64,000 bases of DNA from Callorhinchus milii (taxonomy: Eukaryota), in contig NW_024704742.1 in assembly GCF_018977255.1 (NCBI RefSeq), forward strand, positions 91,018,001 through 91,082,000, in the 5' to 3' direction. Shown here piece by piece: positions 11,251 through 24,770 of the stretch. Below the pieces are notes generated by a model that saw nothing but the letters and a program-made list of their open reading frames with translations, was not told the origin of the DNA and made no database searches. Each line of letters begins with the position of its first letter. Positions within the stretch are counted from its first letter, which is position 1. The position numbers and the translations under genes are program-made.

Positions 11251-12309
11251 TCATGCCTTCGTCACCTCCAGGCTCAACTATGCAAACGCCCTGCTTGTCG
11301 GCCTTTGAATTCAAGATCCTCATCCTCACCTTCGAATTCAAGATCTTCATCCTCACCCACAAGGCCATTCACGGCCTTGCTCCCTCCTTCCTCTCCGACC
11401 TACTATCCCCCTACCTACCTGCCCGCACCCTCCGTTACTCTGGCTCCGGTCTCCTCCACATCCCCCGCTCCAACCGCCCTACCATCGGTGGCCGGGCCTT
11501 CAGCCTCTCAGCCCCTAGGCTCTGGAACTCCATTCCCCCAGTGCCTTCGCCGCCTCCTCCCTTTCCTCCTTCAAGGCTGGTCTCAAGAATGTTCTCTTTG
11601 ACCGTGCCTTCAGTTCCTCTCTCGACTCTCTACCCCTCCTCGCTCCCTGCCTTCCCTCTCCTCACCCTGACCATTTCCCCCCTGCTCAGATCCTGACCCA
11701 ACTGTCCAGCGCCTTGGGACGTCCTCCCGACGTGAAAGGCACTCTGTAAATGGAATCTTGTTGCTGTTGTTCCCAACTCCTCCCTCCACAGGCTGCAAGT
11801 AATCCCAAACTCTGCAGCCCGTGTCCTTTCTCGAACTCCGTGACCCCATCTCCCCCACTCTCGCCCGACTCCACTGGCTCCCTATCCTTCAGAGGATCCA
11901 GTTCAAGATCCTGGTCCTCATATACAAAGCCCTTCATGGCCTCACCCTACCCTACCTCTGCGACCTCCTAACCCCCTACCAACCCACCCGCTCCCTCCCT
12001 TCAGCTAGCTCTGGCCTGTCCACGTCCCCCGACCCCCCGCCCCACAATTGGCGGGAGAGCCTTTAGCCACTCTGCCCCCAACCTCTGGCATTCCATCCCC
12101 CAGTCACTCCGCCTCGCCCCGTCCTTAGCCTCCTTCAAGTCCCACCTCAAGACCCTCCTCTTCGACCATCCCATCGGCCACCCGCCTTCCCCTCCTCTCC
12201 CTTACTCCCTCAATCCCAGCTCGGTTCTGAAATGCTGTACTCTGTCCAGTGCCTTGGGACGTCCTCCCGACGTGAAAGGCGCTATACAAATATTATCTTG
12301 TTGTTGTTG
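11251..12309 (+). mobile_element. Two nested L2 LINE 3' fragments (outer 11251-11304 plus 11771-12309; inner 11305-11770)
   Basis: L2 ORF2 C-terminal motifs LHWLP..RI.FKIL, GGRAFS..AP.LWNS; both copies end in the stem-loop and (TTG)n. Confidence 0.88.
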
Positions 12310-12430
12310 GAGTACTGTAATGCACTACTGGTCCCGGCAAACCCTCAATGTCCGAGTCTTTAAGACCATCACCACAGATGGCATTGTATCAAAGTTGGAA
12401 AGGAAAGCCACGAACACCAGAAACCTGATG

Positions 12431-12592
12431 TAAAAATCAGGAAATGCAGTAAATTCACAGCAGGTCGATCGGCATGTGAGAGTTAAAGAGGGGTAGGATC
12501 CTTGATCAGAACTGAGCCATATTCAAAACATTAACTAGACTGTCTCTTTCAGATGTCGATTGACCTGCTGTGGTATCCCCAGCCTTTTGTGT
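12431..12592. mobile_element. Short inverted-repeat (hairpin) element, possibly Penelope-derived
   Basis: Arm 12456-12482 CACAGCAGGTCGATCGGCATGTGAGAG is complementary to 12544-12572 with few mismatches. Confidence 0.6.
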
Positions 12593-15489
12593 TGTGTATA
12601 ACTGAACATGAATGTCTGCTTTTGATGGGTATTTTTTTAAAATTATATCATGTCAGCCTGATTTAGTTAGAAGAAAATCTTGTAGTACATGGGCCTATTT
12701 AGTCGTACACTGGGGTTAAGTCGCTGGTTGTGAGTTCTGTCACTGGCTGTGCTCTGTGAAGTTAGGAGAATTCTTTTCCACAGAGTTACTGAGGACACAC
12801 TGGAAAGCCTTACCCAAAGCAGTGGCTGGGACAGAATCCATAATAGCTTTTACAGGGGAATCAGGCAATTGTTTGACAAAGAATAAAAGGAAAGAGTATG
12901 GAGAATTTCTTTCATGTGAACATGTTAGTTCTCGACTGCTTTCTACACAGTAGAATTCATAGTACCTATACTACAAATGAGATTAGAGGTTGCGCTCTCA
13001 AATAGCACAAATTTCACTCAACAAACTTGCATTCACTTATCTAGATGATACAGCAATGAAGTTAGAATCAAAGATTACATTTACAGGCTGCTTTGGCATA
13101 ATTTTTACAGTGATGCATCTCTGAGGCACTTAAAGATAACCAAGTGCTTCCACATTGACTTTCCTGGCATGACTTTACTGTGCTTAGCTGAGCAAATGTC
13201 TGTGGCTCTTCTCCATACTTTGATGTGCCACAGACGCTGTCTCTCCAGAATGCACCTGCAGACATTTAAGGATGTGGTAGCCCCACTTCTAAATATGGCT
13301 AATTTAATGAGAATCTAGAGCAGGCTCTTGAACACAGTTACAATGTGTGCTGGAGACAGATGACTTCAGCCTGAAGCCAACCCATTCTGTGCTTGCGAGC
13401 ATATGCCACAGAGAGAAGCCTTAGCTCTTTGAGGACTAAATCACAATCCAAACCACATAAGTGCATCCCTGATCCAAGTAAATAATCCATTGTCCCAAAT
13501 CACCTAATGGTTCATTCCCATTGTATAAAATTCTGATAGGACAAATCAGAAGCTCAAAGTGTCTCATGGTCTAAACCTTAAGACCATTATCTTAAAATGT
13601 AAGATTATGCATAATTTCTGGCAAATTCTTAAATTCGCTCTCAACTTGAAGGTCAGTTTTTTCACCGGTTCTTTGTTAGAACTGAGGCTTCCAAATTAAA
13701 ACTGGATTGAAGACTTTTCTAAATTCCACACCAGATGACCTTCAGCACTTTCAGAATAGTGTCCAATATCACTTCTCATTCCCTCTGACTATAAAGAATT
13801 CTTATTGCATAAGATTTGAATGATCAAACTAAATCTTTCTCACCTCTTATTTGTATAGGATCCATTATCCCCCAAATCACTTTCTTATTTACTCCCTATT
13901 GTGTAAAGCACTTGTACACCAAGTCACATTCAAAATCCAAATTGTTCCTTATTTATCTTATTGCTCTAGTTCCATGTGCAGAGTTCACCAGTCGTCACCT
14001 GGAGACAGTAGCATATTTTCAAAGTCAAGTCACGTCAGTGTAAAACATCCACTTTTGCTCAGTGTTTTTTCTTCTTTAGATTGATTGCTGAATGATTGAT
14101 TAAATGGGCTAATTGGCTATTTTTAAATCTGCCATCCACAGAAGTCCTCAACCGAGCACAATCCTGATTCAAGTAAAACATATTTTGTCAAAGTGATTGG
14201 CATCTGTTTGTCAGGATTCAGTTGTTGTGCTTGCAAGAACTTGCCAAGTTGAAAAATTGCCAAGAGATGGCAGTTTTTTTCATTTATTTAAAGGATATCA
14301 CAACAAGATAAATGGCACAAATTTTTAGCAAGTAACACATTTCTACTTTCGATTTTTCTTTACAGTATTAATTTATGAAAAAATCATTCAATATAATAAT
14401 TTATGTTTACGAAGCCCCTTTCACATAAAAGAGCAGCTCAAACCATTTGACAAATGTAGTGATGGTCACCAAACAGGGAATTAATAGATGCAAAGGTATT
14501 GACCAAATGTGCAGTCAAAGTGATATGTTTTTAGGAGCCGTTTGTAGAGGCGAATGAGGTAGAAAGATAAAGTGGTTTTGGAAGAGAGACATAGCAGGCA
14601 TCTTATGGTAGCAGCACTTAAAGTGTTAAGAACAAAAAATACCAGCACAATAAAAAGCATCTGATGTAGTCTCTAATTCTGTAATTAAATAAGTGTAGCC
14701 CTCATGTAGCTTGGCAATTGTGGAGGCAAAAGAGAGAGAAGAGTCAGGTACAGGTTGCAGCACCAAAGCACCTAGACGGTTGGTGGTAAATCTGTTTCTG
14801 GGACTTTGTTGCTACATTTTTGTGTTCATCATCTGTTTTTGCATCCATGGGAAGCTGTGAATAGCAGCTCCCGAACCATCTGCACTAACGGTAGGGGTTG
14901 GAAAATTTTTCTGACTTAGATCCTGAATCGTTACCTTGACAAGGAGTGAAGGGACTGTTAGGCATCACATGCTTTTCTGCATTTTGTGAAAAAAAGTGCT
15001 CTTTGTTCAAGTTCTGGGAGTGCTCTCTTCAACGGACCAAAATAAATGTGATTAAAATTTAACAGCCACTATTGTGCAGACTGATGTTCGCCACATTTGT
15101 GTTGTCCCTGTAGGTATAAGGGCCAGGTTTAGGAATGATGCTTGGCTCATGCAAACAGGAGAGAAAGGATAGGACAGCTTTGGACAGTGAAGAGAGGTGT
15201 GCAGAGATAATTTTGTTGTGAATGAAGCCTGATGTTGTAGAGATGTGAAGATTGTGCAAGCAGTCGGAGCAGAATGGCAAGGGCTTAAAATATTTTTAAA
15301 AACTGTAAACAGGTTAAAAGATTAGAATAGATATTTTTCCCACAGATTTGTAGCGATGTGGAAGAGACAACTTACAAAATATTGATTATTGCATGGATTA
15401 ACTTCTTCAGGAAAGAACTGAACACAGGTTCAAGCCCCACTTTAGAACTTGGAGCTGCTATTCCAGACTGACCCTCCAGTCAGTCTGGA

Positions 15490-15838
15490 ATAGGATGCTG
15501 CTAGAACGCTGCATTGTTGCAAGTGCCAACCTTCAAATGAGACATTATAATAATAATAACTTAAAACCAATGTCATGTCTGTCTAATTGGACATTAAAGA
15601 TCCACTGATACTATTCAAAAAAGAGAAGGCATTTTCTCCTAGTCTCCTTGCCAACAATCCTCCCGATAAAATTGGTCATTCCCATCATGGCTGTTGGTGG
15701 GATATTGCTATGTACAAATTAACTGCCGTGTTCGCCTACGAATTAAACAGTCACTGCACTTTACAGAACATTTTGTGAAGTGCTTTGAGGCATTTCGACA
15801 TTTCAGGTGCTATATTACAGACAAGGATAATTATTTGT
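15490..15838 (+). mobile_element. Deu-domain SINE, degenerate
   Basis: Similar to the 24483 copy (tggacattaaagatccactgatactattcaaa...). Confidence 0.7.
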
Positions 15839-17284
15839 TTGCAGATATATTTTGAAGATACAGAGATCATTGTGGACTAAGATACATACTCGATGAGACG
15901 TAATGGTACTGGGCAGTTGTATGGGGGTGGGGGGGTGGGTGGGAGGAGGTCGGGTATGAACATTGAGGATCTGCGAAAGAATAAATATTCTGGAGTTTTT
16001 CTTGGATTCTGGAATAATTTTCCAGGAGAAAGAGTGAGAGAAGTTGGTGATGCCATGGGAATGCAGTTTTTTTCCTTAATGGTGTTTGGAAAGAATGGGT
16101 TTGATAGGATGAAGATCATGTTCTTGTTTCATGCTGTCTTATGATGTTAAATACAGGCCTGAGGGTCGCCAACAGTGCCATTAGCTGCTTGCGATAGGAA
16201 TAGTAAATTTGTTACAGTGCCTGTAGACAATGGCATTGTACTGTTAGTACAGATACAGTTCTGTATCTCGCAAACAGTTAACCTGAGAGGTGATAAGTAA
16301 TAGCAGACATTTTGTAGTAAACTCCGGCAGACACAATCAACTGAAATAAATACCGTAACTAAAATGGTTCAGATGTTTTATTTTGGGTCAATTGGGTATC
16401 TAACATGTGGAAACCCATCGTCATGCTTAAGAGTTTCAAAACCAAACTACTGAGAGTTCCAATTATGTGTGTTTTCCATTTGTCTGATTTGGAGAGTGCA
16501 CTCTCTCCCCAGAGGGATGCTTCCTACTTACCCAATCCCAGAGAGTTTAGGCACAGGCTAGCAACAGAGTGTATTGGAGGTACTGCTGAAATTTAGTCAA
16601 CTAAAACCACACAGCCTACCATTGCAGAGTTCCAATAAGCTTTTCATTGCTTGTCCGGCTAGGACCAATAAACAGCTACCCTACCAGTTAGCCTACCAGT
16701 TAGAGCTTTGAATCGCAGAGTAAACTGGAATTGAGTGAGAAGAATCACATCCCAAGTGTTTTGATGAAAAATAGTATTGAGAAACATACAATGTTAATAA
16801 CAAAAATTCTTCCATTCTTATATTGAGACATCTCAAAATGCTTCACCGAGTTTTCTATAAACTGTCGTGACTATATTTTCGGCGATCACAGATGCCAATT
16901 TGCACACAGCAATGTCTCACAAACAGACATGAATGTTGACTGATAAACACGAGACACACAAAGCACTGTTCACAGAGCCTCACACTGTAATGAGGAAGAG
17001 CAACTGCCACATGCGCAGTGCACATGGGGTGGGACAGGTGATGGGTGGAAAACATCAGGTGAACTATATGCTTTTTGCAGATATACAAAGAATTTCTGTG
17101 ATGAGCTACAAAAAACATTTGAGATGCATACTGCTCAAAAATGCTGATGGAAAATGACTTCTCATAATGGAGCACTCACATTGATGCAAGCATTTTGCCA
17201 AGCTGTGGCATCTCGCATCACTGAGGAAACCCTCACACAAGACAGGGCATTCAGAATACCATGAAATGTTAAACCCACACACAT

Positions 17285-17560
17285 ATACATCACACGAGAG
17301 GATCAGATTAAGACCCTTCGGTCCATTTGATTTCATCCTTCCAACATTCTCATCCTACCAATCTCCTATTACATCATCAAGCTGTTTCTTAAATGAGTCC
17401 AGTATCCTGGCCTCAATCCCATTTCCTGTTAACTTGTTTCAGCTGTTGATTACTCTGTATAGAGAAATACTTTCTGGTATCTGTCCTAAAATTGCCGTTC
17501 ACACCCTGAACCTATGCCTTCTTATCACACTGCTTTGGCATATCTAAATGCATTGTTGGG
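17285..17560 (-). mobile_element. CR1 LINE 3' fragment
   Basis: Reverse complement of a CR1 C-terminus and 3' UTR (…ggaccgaagggtct…); similar to the 59260 copy. Confidence 0.6.
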
Positions 17561-18289
17561 TTTACTTAATTCCACTTTGCATTTCTTACACTCTTTGTAA
17601 GAAAAGGTATCTCTTCAAGATTGAAGAGCCCTGGAAAAGACATGCCTTAAATCAGGCCTTATATTGAAGATACCAAATAGGATAGGAAAAGTCAACCCAG
17701 AACAATACCTAAAGATGCACCAAGACAGTACGAATAACAGAAATGGAATGTTCACTCAATCCACAACTGTTTGCATTTGCTGTTTGGATGCTGCTGTGTG
17801 CAATTGGCTTCTGCATTTTGCCAACAAAATGCACAGTAACTCCACTTTATAATATATTCTGTGAAGCTCTTTGAGATGTTTCACTGATGTGATAAAGCAC
17901 CATATCAAATGCAATTGATATAATCAGAGAACAGTTGAAAAGCAGACCAGATAGAATTCCTGGTAAGAACTACAATACACCAACCTGTTGATCGAATGTC
18001 AACCTTCTTGTCACTGGAAGCTACCCAAAGCAGCTCAAAAGATGAGAAAGGACACATCAAGAGAATAAGGCAACTATTACATCTTACTCCTCAATTGAAG
18101 GTAAAATACATGCTTGAATGCTTCTCAATCATTCACTAACCAATATCACTTACTAAGCGATGCCTGAGCTCCAATGCAGTTATGGGCACAAAGAAGCTCC
18201 CCTGATATGATAATTGTGGTTCACCAACTCCAGGAAAGCATCACTGACACCCGCACAGGGTTCTGAAATTACCGGCAAACTTTGAATGT

Positions 18290-18620
18290 CATTAATATTT
18301 TAAGACATCTGCAAGATGGCTTCGTGGGCAGTCTTTGCTTGATGGACAGACCCCCAAATCATTCATCAGTTCCAACTGGGTCAAACAGGATTGAGTCTTG
18401 GCATCAAATTGTTTTAGCATGTTCTTCACACCAATGTTAGATGAGGCAAGTGCAGATTACCAGAGGGTGTGTGCATTCACAGCCAAAATGATAAAGTGGT
18501 CAATCTTCTGACATTACAAGCATCAACAAGGGTAGAAGGAAAATTCATTCATGAATTCTTGTTTGTTGATGAATGCACACTTGTGGCCCACTCAGAAACC
18601 GATTTACAGAAGAGGTCCTA
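18290..18620 (+). mobile_element. RTE-clade LINE RT relic
   Basis: gggtcaaacaggattgagtcttggca resembles GVKQGCVLA, and IHEFLFVDECTLVAHSETDLQ resembles the RTE motif ELLFADDCALVAHSE.DLQ. Confidence 0.75.
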
Positions 18621-18819
18621 CAGAGGCAGACAGAGATTACAGGCTAACCAAAGTGATGTATCAGCTATCTGTCTAACTCTAAGAAGTTATTCATTTAAGC
18701 TAATTATCTACATCAAATGAACCACTCTGCAACCCTTTATATAATTTACCAACCTTGAGAACATAATACCAGACCTCACATTCATTGTCCTGAACTGAAC
18801 CGGTCACTGACACAGCTCA

Positions 18820-18940
18820 TCATTGACATTACCTGGTGACTAACATTACCTGATGATTGGGATGATTGATGACTGGAACAACTGGTGAGTGAGATGACTG
18901 GTGATTGAGCTGGTGAATGATATTATCTGGTGACTGAATG
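18820..18940 (+). repeat. Degenerate short tandem repeat (TGGTGA/TGATGA units)
   Basis: ctggtgactaac, ctgatgattgg, ctggtgagtg, ctggtgattg, ctggtgaatg, ctggtgactg. Confidence 0.6.
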
Positions 18941-20191
18941 TGCAAAGTGGAAACCAGCAATCAAACGTGAAGTGAAAACAGTTTTGCACAATGATTTGTC
19001 TGACAGATGATGGAGCAACGAGAACAGTGAAAGTAAGGGCATCAATAGGGACAGGGACATAAAAACAATAGCTTTATGATACACGTAAAAAGATGCACTT
19101 CGGTATAGGGCTCAAGGCAATAAAAACCTATCAAATGGCTCGACACCTGAACTCTTTCCTCTTCCAAACCAAGGAAGCTGCCTTTATACATTTTACACTG
19201 TTCGCTGATCACTAAAAATAGTTATCTCTTTCCTATATCTTTGTAATAGGAAATCCCATCATACAACAAATGGTATTATAGGTGTTGCAAAATGATTGCT
19301 GCCTTCATCAACAAGCGTAAAACTGACCCCCACCGTATAGAGACCTAGGACTCTCAGTTTGAGTAAAACAAGCTCTATCATCATGTAGTTACATAAAGGG
19401 ACAACTAATTCTATGGCCTCTTTTGTCTCTGTGGTCACAGGAAGGGCTTCTTTGGGTCAAGAATCTCACCAGTAATTGTGCGTTACGGTCTTAAAAGATC
19501 ATTTATCCTGTCAATCCAATTTCAGTGAGCAGCAGTGAACACTTTGTTGAATTTTTGTTTAAAATGAATGCACTTAACAATCTGTCTTTTTTATGGCTTG
19601 GCTTTGACGTTAGCAGTGTAGCATCTTTCACTTTGGCCTGTGTGAATCACATAATCTGTGAAATAATAGACTGGGAAAAGTGCTGTAATTTACTGCTGAA
19701 TAAAGATGAAGGGACAGTGCAGTGGAGCTTGAGTTCTGAGGAAGTTTGCTATGGGGATAATCCACATGTTTTATCATCACAGGCAATTGGTTTGTGCCAT
19801 GATTGGGACGATAGTGAGTCGCTTCTGTCAGCAGTGTCGATGAGAGTAGCTGAGCAGAGCTCAGATGGTTCCCTCAGGTGAAAAACTTAAGGGCAACTCT
19901 CCTTCGGAAACTCCCACACATTGTAGCAATGAGGCTTGGAGCAGTATTAGGAATATGGCTTGCTCTCTCAGCTGGAAAACTGCTGCGTGGGCCAGAGAGC
20001 CTACCAGAAGGGGATAATAGCTTCCCAGTCCATAACAGAAGCATTTTATAGCTTTACCGCTATGTTTATCAGGAAATGCAAGTCAACTAATATACCTTGT
20101 GGTCACTGCCAAAATCAGTTCTAGTAGATTTAGGATCTTGTATTTATTTCAATGGAATCTAAGATATGTGGGTTTCAGGATATTGGGACAA

Positions 20192-20963
20192 AGGATTCAG
20201 ACACTATAAAGAGTGAGGCATTGCTAGGAATTAGCTTTTGGCTTTCATTTGCACTCCTTCTTCCACCCTGCCATGTCCCAGCTAAACTCATCTGCCTGTC
20301 TTTCAACACTGGTGACTTATCACATTTGAATTCTGTCAGATGACAGTGCTCTGGGATGCTACCCTGCGTGAGGGACACTATATAAGTGCAAGTTGTTGTT
20401 GACAGACTTTAAGTAACTTTTGCATGTCTGCCCGGGAACATTAACTTACCATTTGGATTTTTTTTGCACCACCGTTCTGTGCTTTCCTAAGCATTAAACA
20501 GCTCTTGGTGAATTATTGCTTTCAGATTGGACGTTCTTAATGGGAATTGGTTATTGGATATTAACGTTGGTGAAATATTACCCCAAATAATTATCAAAAC
20601 AAAAGCTTAGTCCTAATCTGGCTGTATGTGAACTTTGAAACAACCATTCACTTTATGACCTGAAAGCTACATTCAATATTTGTCTCAGATACCCTTGAAC
20701 TAAATTGGGCAGGTTTTGTGTAGACCATGACCTGTGCATTGAAATGTTATCCACTATTGACCACTGATTTTGCTCACTGACCTCTATTGGCTGCAATAGC
20801 GGCCTGTAGTCTATCGGCATCAATAGCCAAAATTATTTCCTTGTACATATGGCTCCTCATTGTTGAAGTTAACAAGATATGATGTATGTTGTTAAACATC
20901 AGGAATCAGACACAATAAAGAGTGAGGGATTACAAGGAATTAGCTTTTTGCTTTCATTTGCAC
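20192..20963 (+). repeat. 63-bp direct repeat pair (20192-20254 and 20901-20963)
   Basis: 57/63 identical by manual alignment, no gaps. Confidence 0.85.
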
Positions 20964-21214
20964 ACACAGACTGGTATGCTAACATTTTAATGCAGTTTCC
21001 GTTTTCAGGCATTTAATTTTTTGAAATGAAGGTTTGTAGAAATAAAACCTATAAACCAAATCACTTGGAACATTTATCTTGCACTCGTGTTTGAACTTAT
21101 GGAACAGGAATTGAGGGGAGGTGGGGAGGAGTGGGGATGAACAAAGTTTCTAATGCTCTTACCCATGTGCAAAGCTTCTGATCCCACCAAACATTTATAT
21201 GATAACATCATAAT

Positions 21215-21438
21215 TTGCCTGCCACTATGCCCCAAAACTCTGGAACACTCTCCCTCAATCCCTTCGCCTTGGCCCCTCTCTCCCCTCTTTCAAGTCCCGC
21301 CTGAAAACTTTCCACTTTGACCATGCCTACAGCCACCTGCCCCCTCAACCTGGTTCGGATCAGGCTCCACCATTGTTAAGGGCTCTGAGACGCTACCCTA
21401 CGTGGAAGGCGCTCTATAAGTGCAAGTTGTTGTTGTTG
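21215..21438 (+). mobile_element. L2 3' fragment
   Basis: gccccaaaactctggaacactctccctcaatcc (APKLWNTLPQS), then tail and (TTG)n. Confidence 0.8.
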
Positions 21439-22526
21439 ATAATTTCCATTCATTGGGATGTTGCACTCTGGGGTCACAACTTTTCGTTCCAGCAATGGAG
21501 GAATCGGAAGATCTGGCTCCCGATGAAATTTGAACATTGCGCTTGGCTCAGACCTGGTGCCATACCTGGAATATTAAAAAAATGACCTTGGTGGCAGAAC
21601 TTATAATGGGAGAGTAGTTTAGCCAGCTGGTCATTATATTCTCTGATGAGTGTGGAGTCACCCTCCCTTCTCTTAGTTAGTTGTTTTCTTCTGTTTATTT
21701 CGCTATGACCAGTAGCAATGCTGCAGAGTTAGATGTGGGGATGATCAGAGGCAGTCAGGAAGCTGCTGACAGGGGCCAGTGGGTTCGAAGCAATCCCAAG
21801 TGTGAGGAAAGCTTCACAGAAAGAAGCTGTAGGGGACATTGAGAGATACTCTGCGACCAGCTGGGAGAGCTCGTCCATGTTTATCAAAGTATAAAAGTCC
21901 CATTCTGAATGGGTTAAAGTCCCCATGATTAAATGGGGGGATGTGTAGGCGATTTTGCAGAATTTACAGATACCTTTTTTCTCAAACGGTAACTGCGCCA
22001 TTTAACGGGATGAAAACCCAGCATTCCATGTGATCAGACTGAAAATCACATTGCATACCATTCAAATGGTTCACATTGAAATGTTTCATTTTTCAACCCA
22101 GTATTGTATCGAACACAACTGGATTAGGCAGAGCATTGGTTGGAAAGGATGGAAGAATATTATGATGGAATCTGAACATTCCATCCATCTCATATTCCAC
22201 TGATTATTAATGTTAAATTATTGCATTAGATTAGCATCCACCAAGTGTGCACTAAAGTAACAGTAATGGAAGTTGGGATTCAAGGTGAGGGATGTTTGTA
22301 GGAAGGGCCTAGCCCAAATGCTGTTTTCCCACTCCGGACTTAGCCCATGTTAAGATTAGGTGCTTCCACCAGTGCTTCACATGCAGCAGCAGACAAATGG
22401 AAATGCCCCGATCCCTGCCCAGATAACTTAAGTCCCAGCTACCACACCCCCACCCCACAGACATGCGTACTCAACCCCCACCAAGTCTCCACATCTACCA
22501 AGGAATCATTAGACCTCAAACTTGAT

Positions 22527-22649
22527 AATAATAATAAAGTAATAATACTTGCATTTGATGTAACACCTTATCACTTAGTTGAGACGTCTCAAAGCGCTTC
22601 ACAGGGTATACTGTGAAGTGGACTGATTGGGTATTTTGTGGGCAAAATC
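22527..22649 (-). mobile_element. ~120-nt SINE 3' tail fragment (similar copies at 23322-23439, 25658-25776, 30148-30258, 36723-36834, 39081-39196)
   Basis: Reverse complement of the SINE tail from (TTA)n to ...TTTTGTGGGCAAA. Confidence 0.8.
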
Positions 22650-24482
22650 ATTATAAAAATAATAAAAAATAATGTACAGACCATTATTCTCAATATGTTC
22701 TCCTGTATGTATAATGCCTGCAAGTACCATCATAACTTTTGTTGAATCAAGATTACGTGTAAACATTATAAACTCAAATAAAATACTTCAGGAGATAATA
22801 TATACTGACTGGCAAATTGCAGACCACTCAGTCCCCTAGGAGGGGCTATTTAACTGCCACCAGAAGAGATGTGTAGGTGTATACTGTGTGGGAAGTGGAG
22901 TGGGTTCTCCCAGGAGCAGGTTTAATGGCCTCAGACTTTTTGTGGTCCCTCCTGTTAATGTATTTATGTCCCAGGTTGCTGTGTTGAGTTTCTGATCTCA
23001 GACACACTTGTACTTATATTTTCTGCAATAAACATCGGTGACACAGGTCAGGTAGTGGAAAATCAGGCAGGGTTCCTTTTCAAGATCACTACCCAATAAA
23101 CCCTGGGCGAAAACAGATACCAAAAGGAGGACAGTATTGCTATCCCACTGCAAAACTGTCTGTGATCAAAAAGCCTCCTACACTCACTATCAAGGCTCAG
23201 ACCTTTAACAGTGACCACACTGGAGGGGTACTGGAGAGCAACCTGCCACAATGGAACTGCCCATTGGAAAGGAAAAGGAATCCTTCAGGAGAGGAAGGCA
23301 GGAGCAAAAATTGGTGACAAAAAATAATAATCCTTGCATTTGATATACCACCTTATCACGTCATTGAGACGTTTCAAAGCGCTTCACACAATATATTGTA
23401 AAGTGGATTAACTGTGACTGTGGATTTTGTGGGCAAAATAAATAGTAATAGGAAGTAAATGATACACTAGAAAGGTCACACCACCATACGGGGGCGAAAC
23501 GCATAGCTTATACCAGAATTATCCATACGAGCGTTTCCCGACTACTGTGGAAACCCCTCATTGAGCCGATAGCACTGCTTTGAGTGACGTGAGATTTGTG
23601 CAGCGTGAAGATGAATGCAGTGCTCGTGAAAGGGTTAAGTCAGCAGTGGTTGGGGAGGGTTCTGCGCCGTCCAATTTTCTTTAGAAGGGACGAAATATTA
23701 AATGAAGCATTATTGCTAGGTAATTCACATACATTTGTGGGTGACCTGAGGAGAAGGATTGACTGTCGGAGCGAGGTAAATGATAGCATGTTTATTGTGG
23801 TTGTTGGCAGCCAGTGCAATATGATAAACTGCTGGAGCCACACATATCAGTAATCATCTAGATTATTAGTGTCATTAATCATAATTCTAAAAAAAATGGC
23901 AGCAGCCAATTTTGACCACTGCTGTCTGCTCTGGTGGTCGTTAAAAACTTCACTAATAGACTCCAGAGCTCCTGTGCATGGCAGGCAGTTTGCATTGAGA
24001 ATGTAAGGTTAATTATATTTGAGCTGCTGATTTCTCCTCTCCTCGGAATAGACTGAGCACTTTGCCAATCCCAGGAGTTCTTTACTGTTAAAATGGTAAA
24101 AGTATTTTATTGAAATTTTTTTTTCCTTTGGTTGGGATCAAGGAGATATGAAGCTCCAACGTGGGTCTTGCATTAGGGCTGACAACTCGCTGAAGGCTCG
24201 TGAGGGAGGATGCGGATTCCGGAGTTAACCCTTTCACTGGGCCATGTGAATTAGAGCAGCCACAATTGTCCAGCCATTTGCCTCTTTTCCTGGTTATTAG
24301 CATGACAAACAATTAAAGGGGCTCTGCCCCCTCTTCTTACAGAGATTAAGCCTTGCACATTCCCTGCCATCTGTCTCTTTAGAAATTCTCCGTGATCATT
24401 CCACAATCTATAATTGTGATACTGGAATTTGGAGCCAACACTGTCTTTCTTACCTCTTTCTTTACATGCTCCTTAAATAGGG

Positions 24483-24770
24483 TCCTTCGGATGAGTCATT
24501 AAACGAGGTCCCATCTGCCTATTCAGATGGACATTACAGATCACATGGCGCTATTCGAAAAAAGAAGGAAGTTTCTCCTGGTGTCCTGGCCAACAATTCC
24601 CCCAAAATAAAATTGGTCTTTCATTTCATGGCTATTGTGGGACATTGCTGTGTGTAATTGTGCTGCCATGTTTGCCTACAAAATACACTCCATTTCACAG
24701 TAATTCCTCTAAAGCACTTTGAGACGTTCTTCCGATGCGATAAGGCAAGTTCCAAATACAAGTATTATTG
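24483..24770 (+). mobile_element. Deu-domain SINE (SacSINE1/AmnSINE1-like)
   Basis: gaggtcccatctgcctattcagatggacattacagatcacatggcgctattcgaa...ctcctggtgtcctggccaac matches the recalled Deu domain; its 3' half is shared with the tRNA SINE. Confidence 0.75.

Noticed and set aside
11004..11696. 230-aa ORF
   Set aside because: Runs through nested L2 fragments; not a host gene.
18820..18940. CRISPR-like repeat array (also 55085-55320)
   Set aside because: Degenerate eukaryotic tandem repeats with no constant repeat/unique spacer structure and no cas genes.
21729..22001. 90-aa minus-strand ORF
   Set aside because: No recognisable homology or splice context.
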